Shown: positions 39,801 through 52,900 of the stretch, in pieces
Layout: each line of letters starts with the position of its first letter
Position numbering within the stretch: the first letter of the stretch is position 1
Source of the DNA: Raillietiella orientalis
Taxonomy: Eukaryota
Length of the DNA: 64,000 nt
Assembly (NCBI GenBank): GCA_036172245.1
Contig: JAYWIR010000002.1
Location: 3,162,001 to 3,226,000, forward strand
Direction of reading: 5' to 3'
Notes under the pieces: generated by a model
Databases searched by the model: none
Told to the model about the DNA's origin: nothing
What the model saw: the letters and a program-made list of their open reading frames with translations, nothing else
Program-made: the position numbers and the translations under genes

Positions 39801-42800
39801 GCATCGAGAGAAGGGTGTCTGTTACGATTACGCGCGGTGTATTGTTACAGCAACATCCTAAAAGACACAAGGAATGACTGACTGGTCTCCGTGCAAGAAG
39901 CGCGGGTGGATAAGTGAATGGTGAACATCAGCCGAGCACCTGCGCACAGAAAACGTTCAGAGCCGATGACTGTTCGGAACGGCGTTTTTCGAAAGATCGC
40001 ACCCACTCGCCTGCCAGACCATGCGCCGTCTCAGCCACACTTAGGCGCGCTTTTCACAAAAAGTCCGTCCTGAGATCACGGCAGCAAGAGTCGGGAAGCG
40101 TGCCGAGGTCTTACTGAACAAAGCCCATGGCGGAAAGTGTCTGCCGGAGAGGAAGCAGCCTGATGGAGGCAGTGAAGCCGGCCAGACGGGCAAAAGCAAA
40201 GGGCGTCCACACTGATGATGGAAGAAAAATGGGGACATAATGACTAAGTCGAGGAAGTTTCCCGGTATTGCTACGGCACCAGCAGCGTCGAATGAGTAGC
40301 TATGAATACTCTGTTTGGAACTGCAAAGACGATCGGGAATGGCTCCGCTAGCTGATGCACGGATACCAGTTGGAACAATAACAGTTCGAAATAACAGTCA
40401 ACACTCAAAGGTTGCGGCATGACAAGGAAAGACAAGTGTTTTCGGCTCTAAGACACCGAGGATCAAGCGATCCCGTTGAAGCACATCAATAATGCACAAG
40501 AGTCACCGGCAACTTTGATGTGTGCCAAATAACTTTTCCGCCGAGGAAGAAGGCATCCAAGAGTACACATCTCAACGAGCGGTGGGGAAAAGGTTACGAC
40601 ACAGAGAGGCAAACCATTTCCAAAGACCATCCGGTTAAAAATAAAAGACAAGAAAAGAAAAGGAAGGGAAAAAAAAACACTGCAAGAAGTTTCTCGATTG
40701 CATAATCGGTCAAGTAACGAATGCGGAGTGAACGAATATGAAAATGAACCTCACCGCTCCAAACCCGAGTGCGGGATGTCTCCGTGCTTGGGTTCGGAGC
40801 TCACGTTACCAAGGAGCTCTGACCTGCCTCATCACACACAGTTAAAACGGTGAAAAGGCAAAGAGGATTTTTTCGCACCGTGTAGGTGCGTCCAGCGAGT
40901 GGGCAAAGAAGCTGGTGTGCTCATCGATAAGGACTTTGGATCCTGCGACGGCAATAAATGGCAGCAATGGATGTATCTGGAGATTATCCTTGGCCCACAA
41001 ATCGAGGGAAATCAGGGAAAGCTTTCAGGACGAACGGATTGTCGAAAACTCGCCAAGAGCCATAGCGCGCAGTGAAGCTGATCAAGATGTGGACGGACCT
41101 GCCATGATCTGCAGACGAAACGAACGAATGGGAACGACGCACTTTAGCTATTTTTTGAACTCTTGAATGCTTTGGTCAATGCACGAAGATACGTTTTCCA
41201 ATTGAAGAGGCAGGCCAATGCTGATTTTGCGATGACGTTCTAAATAAAAAAGGAGTCCCGATGAGACTTGAGCACTGTACAGGTGTTTCTCATTTACAGT
41301 GTCTGTGATGGAGTACAGTACCAAACTTTGTTCCCTGGCGCACTTGAAGCGCCCTAGTGTTTTCCCTGGCTGATGAATACAAAACTGTTATCTGCTTGTT
41401 TTACCTTTTTATTTTTGCATCACCCGTCGCCTTCGGTTGAGGTTTCAGAAAAAGAAAAAAAAAACTTCCAGAATTGAATCCCCGCGCCAGGAAGCTTCTG
41501 GAAAGATCTGAGGTGCTTCCGGAAGAATCTGTATCCATCCTGCTCGTCCCGTTCGAAAACAAATTTCTCTAACGCAAGGCTCACTCCGGAAAACAAGAGA
41601 GTTGTTCTTCCGAATCTCACACATCGGATGTACGCGGACTCTTTTCTCAATTCTTCTAAACTCCCTGAATCCTATTAACGATCGTTCGTACGACTATCAC
41701 TAGTCGTTTATTGCCCACCGAGACGTGGAGTTTCCTTCACGAAACAGTCCGGCCTGTTGCCGGCTAAATACATTGAGTTTTTATAAGACTGCAGTCAGTA
41801 CAATTCATTTGTTCTCCAAATCGTCGAGCTCTTGATCCTGCAGAGCATTCCCAACCTGATGTATCTCATTATGTTCTAAAAGCTTAATATAATTACCATG
41901 ATCTATGATGGCGACAAGTTCCCACTGTCGGACAGGGTTCCTTTGTCGATTTGATATTTATGGCAGCGTAATTGCTTGCCGTTGTAAATCTTTCCTTTTG
42001 TTCCTATTTTTCCGTGGTCTGCTTTTTTTTTCCTTCTTCTCCTTCTCTTGTCGAAGAGAAGAACTGCGATTTTCCCAACGACGGTGTTTGTCTTAAGGAG
42101 CAAACGCGCTCCCGCGGTATCTCTCTCTCTCTTTTTTTTTCTAGGAAATCAGGGTTTCCGGTTTCTGCAGTGGCATCGATTCATACCGGTTCTGGACCAG
42201 CTCGGTCTTTGCATAAGCATTTGCTACCAAGTCCTCCCCTGATGGTGTTTTATCATCACTTATTATTTCAGGTTATAAATACTCAGAAGTTTGCATGCCC
42301 TGATTCTCTCCATTTATGATAACACACACTGTGTAATCTTGTGCTTCAGTGTGAACAAATGTCTATTCCTTCTCAAGATGGGAGGAAATTAATCTTTCCC
42401 CTTTTGTGCTTATGTACGTACTTCACGAACAATAAAAGTGCACTTTCCATTTAGGCTAATGGTTTCGCAGTTCGCAAGCCGCATGATGCACTGTGAGTTT
42501 CTTCCCATGTTTCTCTAAAAAAGAAGGAAAAAAAGAAGAAGAAGAAGGAAAAAAAGTGCACTCGAGAGCAAATAATTCCTTTTTAGGTTCTCATCAGGAG
42601 AGCATTTCTTGTTTGTGGAGTTCAGATTATTCCTCTTCTGTTTACCACCAGTTCTATCCTGCAATGCATTCTGCTTTACACACTACAGATGCCGATGAGA
42701 CAACGAGAAAAACGGAAATACAAAACTGACATCGACGTAACGAGGCTACGGGGACAACGTCCATTATGCACTTCATTTATGCAGTCCACGTCCTGGGCAC

Positions 42801-44599
42801 GGAGGAGCGCGTGCACCGTGCTGAACCGGCAGGAGCAACCGGTCCCGACGTACCTTTTACTCCATTTGCTTCCCGATTTTTAAAATTCACAAGGGCACTT
42901 CCCAACCAATCGACTCTTTTGCCCTCCAGAGACGCAGAATCATCAAACAAGCTCTTGAAATCTTGCGTATCATCCGTGAACTCCGCAATCATCACCATCA
43001 TTTAGTTGCACTGATATATTTCCATTTAATTAAGTACCGACAACAAAAATTCTTTTCCAGTATCTTAACCTGATGGTTTTCACGGTGGCCTCAAAGTTTG
43101 GTAATCCGTGAGGAGTTCTTGAAGCAGCTTGCCAAGGACTTCTGATCTTCAACATGGGGCTGTTGCACTTGTCAATGCCCATGCTGTTGCACTATGTCTT
43201 TGCTGCTGACTGTCGCTGATCTTCCTCCCTCCCAATTCGCACCCTCTCCGGAAACGCTAACCAACATACTTGAATTCCCGACTACAAGCAAGGATGAATA
43301 ATTACCTTCCAGCTCCGGTACGATCCAAGTTCTTAAACAAAAACCGACGATTCATGCACATTTCCAAACTGATCCCAAAACGCGTACAAGAATCTGAATC
43401 GGAACACACCAAGTGCTATTCAGTGTCCCAAGCAGGATCCACACTTGTGCACTCACGGACGACACGCTCGCAAGGCAAACGATTAAGGCTCCTGCTCCTC
43501 CTCCTGCAGCAGCAGATTTAAAGGCGTGAGCCGGCAAGTGGAAACGATCCTGCCAACTTCACTTGCATAATCGGAAACCTGTTGCCAACACGTACTCAGA
43601 GGATCCATCACGATCAATGGATTTGGTGAATCGTGCGCACTCAGCTACCACCAGCAACAGTCCTTCGGGCCACGCTTCCCCGGTGAACTCTTCATCAAAG
43701 TCCCGATGTGGGGGAGGAACTCGGATTGCGAAGAACAGGCGACGGCCCCCCGGATTAGGGGTGCGTTCCCCCATCGCCGCGCCGAGCAGCAAATCGGGTG
43801 ATCACACACTTGGGCGAGACGACTCGTGAACCTAACCTGAGGAACCCTGTACCGCGGAATCGGGAAACAAATTCCTGGAAGAAGGGTAGCAAACGAGGAA
43901 TTGCAGATGGTGGATGAGGCACTGATGGGGAAAGGGGGGCAGAGGAAGGCTAATAAAAAGCGAATCCAGAGCAAAAACAAACATCAAGAGAGCTCTGTCG
44001 TCCTGTTCTGTACGATGGGAAGGCAGACCTCTGTCGGTACGCCGGAGTTGTGCCTTTTATCGACTGAGATATCCGATCAAACCTGCAAGAGATCTCCGGC
44101 GTTTTCACAGTGCGACCCCGGGTAAAAAAAAAAAAAAAAACCACGGCATGCAAATCAGGAGGCGCGATGCAGTAGGCGGCATTTTTGAACCCCGGAAACG
44201 AGTAATAAAATGCCGAACACAAAAAAGCACAGGCCATCATTGATTACACTTGCTGAAGCCTCGTGAAAGAAAGAAAAGAAGAGAATTTCAGTTCTGACCT
44301 ACGTGCGGGTACTTAAAAAAACCCGCAATTTTGTGCGTGGCAAACTGAACACATTAAAAACATGGCACAACACGATCAGTCGATACATTTCAGTTCGTGG
44401 TGCTAACGAATCATATTACATTACATGAGAACAACTTTCTCGCGCAACGTCTATTTTCTACTGATACCTTTCCCCTGAAAAAAGGCAATAGAAGGTAGAG
44501 TAAAGCAAATTTGTAGCTTGTGATCAACTCATCAGCGGAATCGCATGATTTTCGGTGAAAACTCTTCAGACCTCCGGCTTCTGATGTCAGCTGGCAGTG

Positions 44600-46950
44600 C
44601 TGTACTAAGAAAGCACCGGAGAATGAAATCTACAGACATGTAACACCAAAGTTACAGTCACCCAAGATTAGTGTGTTGCAAAATCCGAAGGCAACAAATT
44701 CTTGGAATCCAATATTAAAGAAACACAACTAAATGGCACATGCACCGAATGTGCAGAGGGATTCTACTTCAAGAACTTATAGTAAGGTTGTTAAAACCAA
44801 GAACTGCTTCCACAGACCTGGGTAAATATTAGGTGATACCATCGAAATTCAATCTATGCTTTGTTACATATGTTGACAAAGTAGTTGCTTCAAATCATAA
44901 CCTTATTATTACCGTTTCAGGGAGAGTTTTTATGCAAACAAAGTTTTTTCAACAGTGCTCACCACAAACACCCTTTCATGAAGTTCTGATTGAAATCGGT
45001 ACCTGTCTAGCCAAAACAATACTACGAATTGATATAGCACTCAAAAGAACCAGATCTCTTTGAATTTCTTGATGTTTTCTGTTCACAAGCTCATTTACAT
45101 ATATTACATGGGGTACTGTTCAAACTGCAGCTTAATATGCAATCTAGGAAACAGTTGAGTGTATCACAAAATTGCATAAAATTCACAAAGATTTCGCAGT
45201 TTCCTAAATATGAACAGTTTGAATATGCAGTATGCAACATGCATGCAGAAAACTTCAGTTACCACCCAGACCTTTGTAATACAATGTCTGGCATTTGAAA
45301 TTATAGTAATTTTTATGTTCAACAATTCCCTATCTTGTTTTCTTCTGCCATTCTATTCTTATACCTGTTTTTGTTTCAATATGTTCAAAACATTTTCAAA
45401 AACTTACAACTGGAGATAGAAATTCTGAAAACATCTTAGAAGGATACACTCTATCATCAGGATCAGGACTCTATCATCTGGATTATTATACACTCTTTAT
45501 ACACTCTATAATCACTGATTTGTAGAGACAAATACAAAAACTTGTGAACAGAGAGACTTACACTCAACTGTAGTTAAATACTCTACTAAAGCACAAACTG
45601 TAACTTCACAACGTAAATGTAACTTATAAATCCTTAATGTACTTCATAAATTTGTGACTTTATTCTCCAAAATTCAAATTATTAACAACTATGCCAAGTC
45701 ATCTCCCAAGGAAAAATCCAGTTACCTCTAGTTGCATTCTGCTTTCTCAGAATTATAAATATATTGAATGACTAATGTTTTCGATTTTCAAAGAAACACA
45801 AACATGAAACAAGATCTAATTCAATTTCAGTTCCTATGTTTGCTCAATCTTAGGCTCAATCTTTGAAGATGCTTATAAGGTAATCTTTATTTGTGGATGA
45901 CACACAGAAAAAAAAGCAAAATACTCTTCAAAATGCTGACTTTTTTCAGTTGTTTTTCGCTCTGATTTTCACATGATTTAAATTTCGCAAAGAATAAGGA
46001 TTTCATTGTTCATAGCAATCAAACAATAGAAGGATACAGTTTTACTTATTCATTTTCATGTAATAAAAAAAAAGCCTACATCATTTTCAAGGTAAGATAA
46101 GTCAAGTCATAAAAGGAATTTGCTACCATGTGACCACTTACATGTTACCACTCTTGAAACCTTCCATCTAGCTACAAGTAACATGACTAGAAACCATTCC
46201 TTTCTTGTTAAGCAATGGAAGAGTATCACTAATCAAGTGTCAAGTCTGCAAGCTGTAGGATGTATGGATGCCCAACTGTCAAATACTGTATATAAGTTGA
46301 TGTTTGAGTACTTTAATGAGTACTCTTGAATACTAATCACAAGTATATAGTGTATGCAGTGTGGAAGTACATTAATAATAGATTGGTGAATCACTTGATA
46401 CACTCATTAAAGCTCCAGCTTCTAAAATGAAACCTAACAATACTAGGAAAGCTTCAGAAAATGCAGTTTTTGCTGTAAAGCTATTATAATCTTGCCACTA
46501 ACACTAAATAAATGGATCCACAAAATAATTGTTGAGATGGATCCACAAAATAATTTTGAATAAGCATCTTAAGTTTACCAACTCTTTCATTACATGGCTT
46601 CTATCTTCTCACAAGGCTGACAAAAACAAACTCCACACTATGTAACCAGTTTAAAAAAAAATGTTTAAAAAATACACATATACCCCCTAACACGTATTTT
46701 TACTAACTAATTTTACTAACTAATGCTCCAAGAAATGGTTAAGACATTTTTCCTAAAATTCCAAATAGAAAAACTCGGAAAGGATCACTTCAAATTAGAC
46801 ACTCAACAATAAACACCAAAAACCTAGAATGGACAAAGAACAAACAATCCTTTCCTGATTCTGAAATATTTTTTTAAAATTTGGAAACTTTACTTTTGAC
46901 AACGAAGCTGAATAGTAAAAATCTATTTTTGATTAACTTCATTGATTCAA
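44600..46950. other. AT-rich, strongly CpG-depleted island
   Basis: Manual count gives 5 CpG in 45061-46680 and none in 45988-46692, whereas the rest of the window is CpG-rich. Confidence 0.85.
46512..46555 (+). repeat. 19-bp direct repeat (period 25)
   Basis: ATGGATCCACAAAATAATT at 46512-46530 and 46537-46555. Confidence 0.9.
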
Positions 46951-49689
46951 TACTTAAATCAAACAGATCGTGTGTTAGTTGACACGCCTGTCTGCCAGCT
47001 TCCGATTCAAATCCAAATAACTTATCCACAGAGTAAACAGCAAAGCACCTTCATTCTTCAAGTGACTGTTGTTTATTCGAAAATCAAAACACTACTTAAA
47101 ACTCTGAAACAGACATGGAAATTTATACTGAAATAAACATTTCTTCACCACGTTCCAAATTTCAGGTAACAGAAACTCTACTGCAGTACAACTGCCAAGA
47201 CATAAAAACACCAAGGTAGGCAGTTGTGTATAGCGATAGCACGGACAAAAAAAAAAAATGAATGAATCAAACTTTCAAAACTGATCTTGACTTATTAAGA
47301 GCTACAGTATGAGAAAGTTTCACTGAAAGTTAACCACGTTCAGGTGACACCACGAACCTAACGAGTAAACAGTTCAGTGCTTTCCTGCAACTGAGGTTTG
47401 ACGAAGTGCCAATCAAAAAAAGTATCGAGTTCGTTGTTCAAGTTCTCGGTATTTGAAATTTATTACTAAATAAAATGATTTCATCTTAATTCTTTCCCTA
47501 TTGGCCGTTTTCTTAATTTTGTCAGAAAATTAGGAAAGGCATCCGATTAACTGCTTTCAAAAATTAAGCTTTATTCATTTGATCGATGTCTATCATCAAA
47601 TTACTTTGTATTCTCAGCAATAAACACAAATGCAAGCAAGCAAAGAGAACGAAATTGCAGAATGCTGGAAAAGTCGCAAGGAGAAAATTCTTCTAAAAGC
47701 ACGGATAAACATAAATCAGGAATTTCTTAAATCAGAAAAATCACTTGCTCATATTGTGCACTTTCTTAAATGCCATGAATTTATGTTCTGTTACAATTAC
47801 TTCTAACAACTCCATTTCATTCTGTCTGATAAGGCATTTACACTTAACTAGAACCCATATTTACAAAGAAAGCTCTCAAGAAAGATGATTGGGAGCTTTT
47901 ACGAACGGTAAAGATGCTCCGTTTATTAAAAATGGAAAGTTTGTCAAGGCTTGTTTTTTCCCTATGATACAAAAAACAAACGTAAAGGGATTGAAAACTA
48001 GTATCTATTTTTTTTCTCCAGCTTCTGGAGCCCCTTTTGAATTCTGCAACCACAAAAATTATGGATATACACATAATGAATTTTCTAAATATTGTACTTA
48101 TATTCATTTGCACTCATCCATATGTTTCTACAAGTTTACTCATAGTCTGTATTGATTTCTTGAGGTTCCTGCCTGTGGTATAATTCAAGTATGCACTTTG
48201 ATACTTCATTTCGATTCAAATATGCAACGTACATTTGGGTTAGAGCTGTACTGTTCAGTAACCCATTTCTGAGTGAAATACATCTTCACTAGTTAAAACG
48301 TCGGAATAATCTCAATCAATTAATTAGTTTTTTTCTGGGTGCTCATACTCCCTCTCCTTTGTTCCGCAGTGGTACTGTTGAACAAAAGACTGAATATGAG
48401 GTACTGGTACTCCTGAACGTGCGTTTTTTTGGTTTTTTTTTTTTGCCAAAACTTCATTCCCGTAACTGCTCTTTGCATTTCATATTGCCATATAGAACTT
48501 TTAAGACGAACTTGAGAATTTATATTCAACTGTCACACATGAAATCTGAGATAAACAAAATCGAGAACGTTTTGGGTATTTAGTAGCGTTGAAGAACCGA
48601 CGGTTGTGGGATTTTTACGTCCAAAATGTTTACGTGTGATTCGATTTTTGCGTTTCAAACAAACTTCAGTCGAACTCGTCTTGTGGGAATCCTGAAAGCT
48701 TCTTTGAATCCCATTACAGGACCAAAGGAGATCTACCACATCCAATCAGTATAAAACATCAAATTAATTAGAGTAGATGCCTTAATCAACCTTTGCTTAC
48801 TCCAGATGCACAGATGGTACACTGCCTACTCTATGACATCAGTTTTTAAATCGATAAAATCCATTTGAAAAGATATTAATTCAAATGGGTAATCTGTTCG
48901 CATCTCCTTTGGGGTTCAGATTTGTTTTTTTTTATCGAAAGATTTTCTCCTAATGAAAAGTAACAATTTCACTGTTTCACGAATGAATTTCCGGAATTTC
49001 CAAGAGCAAAAAAAAAAAAGGTAGGGTGGGGGGGATGAAAGGAAGGATGGTTTCTTTTGGTTTCTCTTTTTCTGTCTTAACTGAAGTAGGATGTTTTCGA
49101 GTTGGCATTTTTCAAAACAACCCTTTGTTGTTCAGTGAGCAGATGTATTTTGTAGTCTCTAATTTTCCTAGGTTTTAGCTCTTATGCTTTTTGAATATTC
49201 TGCAGACCAACTGAAAAACTCAAATGAAGAAACCACGTTTGCTCCTCCTGTTCGTGAAACTGTAGTTCGGTGCACCACGAGACCGGGAAGTGTGCCTGTG
49301 ACGCAAGCTGTTCTCGAAAGCGGTGTGCGAGTGTCACATTTCGGTGTATTGAAGTATGTTCCTTACTGCGAAATGACGTGACCCTTGGATTCAAAACCAC
49401 CTGGTCGAGTATTTTTGCTTCGTGTTTTTTCAAGGACTACCGCATGTTCCCTACACTTGACTGAATACCTGCAGGCACAATCCAGACTTTTTCCCGGAAT
49501 TCTTTGCACTTGCATGGTTCCGGGTGAGTTTGAGCTGCTTCCCTGATCGGTCTCTGCTCTCGTGGCTCCGGCATGGTGGTCGGAATGCATCTCCCGTGCA
49601 CGTCTTTCCGAAGCCACGAAATCATCACGGTCCATGCTGGTAGCTCTCATTCAAAGTTTCGCAAGGGAGACACCAATGTTTATGCTAGA

Positions 49690-49955
49690 CAGCAAGATGA
49701 CCTGGAGAGTGAAGACGCAGGATCCAGGTTGCTGAGAACAAAACAAAACAAAATCAACATCACTGGCATTCTAGAAGGACAAAAAAAATGATGCATGCTC
49801 TTTAGTATTTTATTGCGTTGTTTCGGGAAGAATGGGATAAGAAAGGTAGAAAGCCCAAACGATACTCATCTCCAGATCCTCGAAGGTCAAGAAAAAGCTG
49901 AGTTTTCTCGAGTTCTGCTCTGATGCTCAAATTATAGAGAACTCACGCGTTTGAT
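49690..49955 (+). mobile_element. Possible highly decayed non-LTR retrotransposon ORF1 (L1TD1/Tnp22-RRM-like) relic
   Basis: QQDDLE...QNKINITGILE resembles the LE..SRRNNI.I.GIPE motif. After a frameshift in an A-run, GRMG*ER*KAQTILI resembles RLG....PRPILV. It contains stops and the similarity is weak. Confidence 0.2.
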
Positions 49956-52900
49956 AAATTGCCGCAGATTCCTGGACGTCAAACATTCTTGCAGCACTAA
50001 GCTATTGGGATGCTTTACCACTGGAAACTGGGGTTCCGCTAATCGAGACTTGCTGCGCGGGCTGAGGAGGATACCGGCAGATCCACTGCACGCCCTCTGA
50101 TCCTCGTCTGCTTTGTCAACTCTTGCCATGAAGATGCGATGCTCCGTAGAGTTTGTACGACGTAGTGGATTCGTGCCTCTGTGGATGCCCGAACGTTTGG
50201 TAGCTGGGGTTATGGGCCCGTTCACCTCACCCTTTGCTTTTCATGGTCAGTTCTCATCCACGGGAGATCGTCTGTGACCGATCTCCCGTGGGTGGGAACT
50301 GCGACTGCTCAACTCGTGGCTGCTAATTATCCAGAATTCCAATTCTCCAGGAGGCGATGGATGGGCTTTGCCTTGTTTGCACGTACACATCACGAGTGTC
50401 TACTGCTGCTAAACCGCGTTCATCTGCCGAAGGAAAACAGGAAAAGGCCATGCCAGCAATAAAAAGGAACGAAGCGCCTGTGTCTCTCGGGAGGCATCCT
50501 CTCCAGGGAAGCAGCAACCAATTGATTTCGAGAGTGGCAATGAACCGTCTCCAGATGTAATCAGCGCGCCAAAAACAAACAGCGGGCCAACCCTTTTACG
50601 AGTTGCCGGAAGCAAAACAGACGCATGCAAGAGCAAGACTGCGTGATGATTGATTGATGCCCTCCGTTTCGTTATAATTAACCGGTCTCCATGGGACGTC
50701 GCCACCATCGCTTTCTGGGTGAAGTGGATTCATAGGTTCTTTGTTGAAGTCCTATCACTCACCAATGCACCTCGTTTCAGGAACCTTTTCCAATCTCAGC
50801 AAAATTCTAGCGTTCCTTCATCGCTAAGGTTTCATCTACGTAGTCAGTGACCACCTCCGGATTCGATCCTTCGCCTGTTTGCCCGTGACTCATCGTTTCT
50901 TACGTTTCATGGCGTTTTTCTGACGCTCTCTGACGTCAGATTTCTCGCATTTCCTTCGAGGAAAACTCGTCGTAGACTAGAGAGGAAACAAGCGGTAGGG
51001 AACGAGACGAGGGAAAAGAAGGGAGGAGGAATTCTAACAGAGAAACCAGAAGAACTGAGCAAAGATGGATCGCACTTGCAGGCGGAGCAGAAGATGGCCT
51101 GGAATCCTCACTGGGTGGGTCAGCATCCCAGATTGCAATCACCGGACTAGCTGGTGACCAGATCTACAGCACTCCGTGACTCCGGGCTCATCTCTTTGGT
51201 CTTCTACGACCAAGCACTACCGTCCACGAAACAACAGGAGACCCGGGCCATTCTCCCGGGTCAGCGCAGCCACCCTCCGAAGCTGAAGTGGGGCCAGCAG
51301 TGGGCCACATCGCGGCTTCGCCGCGCAAGGAAGATCCCTCGCAGCCTGCGGCTCGCCTGGCCAGGAGGCACTGGTTGACACTCCATGACTTCGCCGTCTC
51401 GCAATCGGCCGGAGGATGGCTTCCATCCTCTGCTCAACTACGAGCCCGCCGTGGACGAGCAATGAAGCAGCAACAGCACAAGCTAAAGCGGCCTCTTCTG
51501 GAAAAGGGGTAGAGACGTTCCAGGTCCGCTCGTTCCCCCTCTCCTTCCCTATCCAGCAGCCATCTCCTCGGCGTTAACTCCTTCGCCCCTAGGAAAAAGG
51601 GTGGGAGAGGAAGGTCGGCGTTGCTACCCCCAACCTCTCCCATTTCCTGCCTCTCAGTTGCTTATCCCGCCCTCTCCCTCCCCCCTTCCGCGACCAGAGG
51701 CACTCCCGCCCTTACCTGCCAATCAGGAAGGCACCCGGCCTGCGGGACCCCATCTCAGGCAGGAACCAGGACAGTCCTCCCTTACGCTCCCGCCTCGTCT
51801 CCAGGGTTTCACCAAGAGGTCCTACCGTTTCGTGAATACGTAGTCAAATGTTTCCTCGAAAATCCACCGGACGAGACCTCTTGCTGGTCTCCGAGTTGCC
51901 CGCACCTTCAATTGAACTTCCGAGAGCTGCAGACGCTCACTGAAGTCCGACCTCCCTCGCCGCTTCCTCGTCACAAGGCAAGGGGTCATCTCTCGCGGAT
52001 GGTGTTTCTGCAGCCTCGTGGCGCTGCCCTGATCAGGAACGGTTGGCGACCCCCCTCAGCCTGAGGATCGGCTTCCCGAGTAGCGCTGCCCGGCCCTCAA
52101 CCTCAGCATTGATTCTGGGACCCATCCGGTTGGCACCGCGAAGCTGAAAGTCCGAAGGAGCCACAGGACGCGGCAATCACGACTACAAGAAAAGGCGCCT
52201 ACAAAAAATGAAGGTAGTAGGGCAGCTGAACTGCCCTAGCTCCCTCCCTGGACCCCTGAGCGGCGTCTAGGAAGAGTCAGCGCTCCAGGTAGGAGTGGTG
52301 ACCTCTACGAGCGTCCGTCGACGGTCCTCGAAGAGGCAAGGCGGAACAAGGAGCGACAATCCCGGCTACTTACTTAGCTTCCGGAGGAGCTCCCGTCGCA
52401 GCCAGGATAGCAACCGTTGCAACATTCCGCGACCGGACATCCGGAAGGCGGCGAAGATTTCAGAAGGGAACTAGCGCTCCCGATCGTCCAGCTCGTGGGC
52501 GGGGGAGTGCGACCGGCCGACCTCAGGGGGTACAGCTGAGATCTCTCAGGACGTTCACGTGAGACGCTCGCGTCCCCGGATAAGCAGACGCATCCGGCCC
52601 AGCGCCGTCAAAGGTGTTGGCGGACAGCAGCGGGGCACCCCGCATCCGTCGGTCGACGTGGAAGTGCGCCGTCGACGAGGTACCCCTCGATGCGGAGGCA
52701 GAGGGTGTTCGCCAGGAGCATCAGAGGCGCTCCCGCTTAGGAAAACCCGGCGTCGTTTCCTTCCGAGGATGGGAGGCACCCAGAAGTCCCGCGCATGGTG
52801 CCGCCACCGTTGCCTGTCCTCCACTGTCCGGAGCTCCTCGACGGAGACCACGCATGTCTGCAGCCGCGATGATCTCGCTGTCGCTCCTGCAGGAGACGCG

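Noticed and set aside
43660..43710. RDFDEEFTGE resembling an AGC-kinase C-terminal motif
   Set aside because: No flanking kinase sequence or supporting splice structure, so probably chance.
46160..46410. miR-279-family-like words (TGACTAGA, ACACTCATTAA)
   Set aside because: The flanks do not form a convincing precursor hairpin.
46512..46555. Direct repeat as a CRISPR-like array
   Set aside because: Only two copies, a 6-nt spacer, a eukaryotic context and no cas genes.
52065..52550. ORF-free GC-rich stretch with an 8-bp hairpin (52218-52238) and GAAAGTCC, considered as RNase P/MRP RNA
   Set aside because: No partner CR-V/P4 motif, and hairpins of this size are expected by chance.
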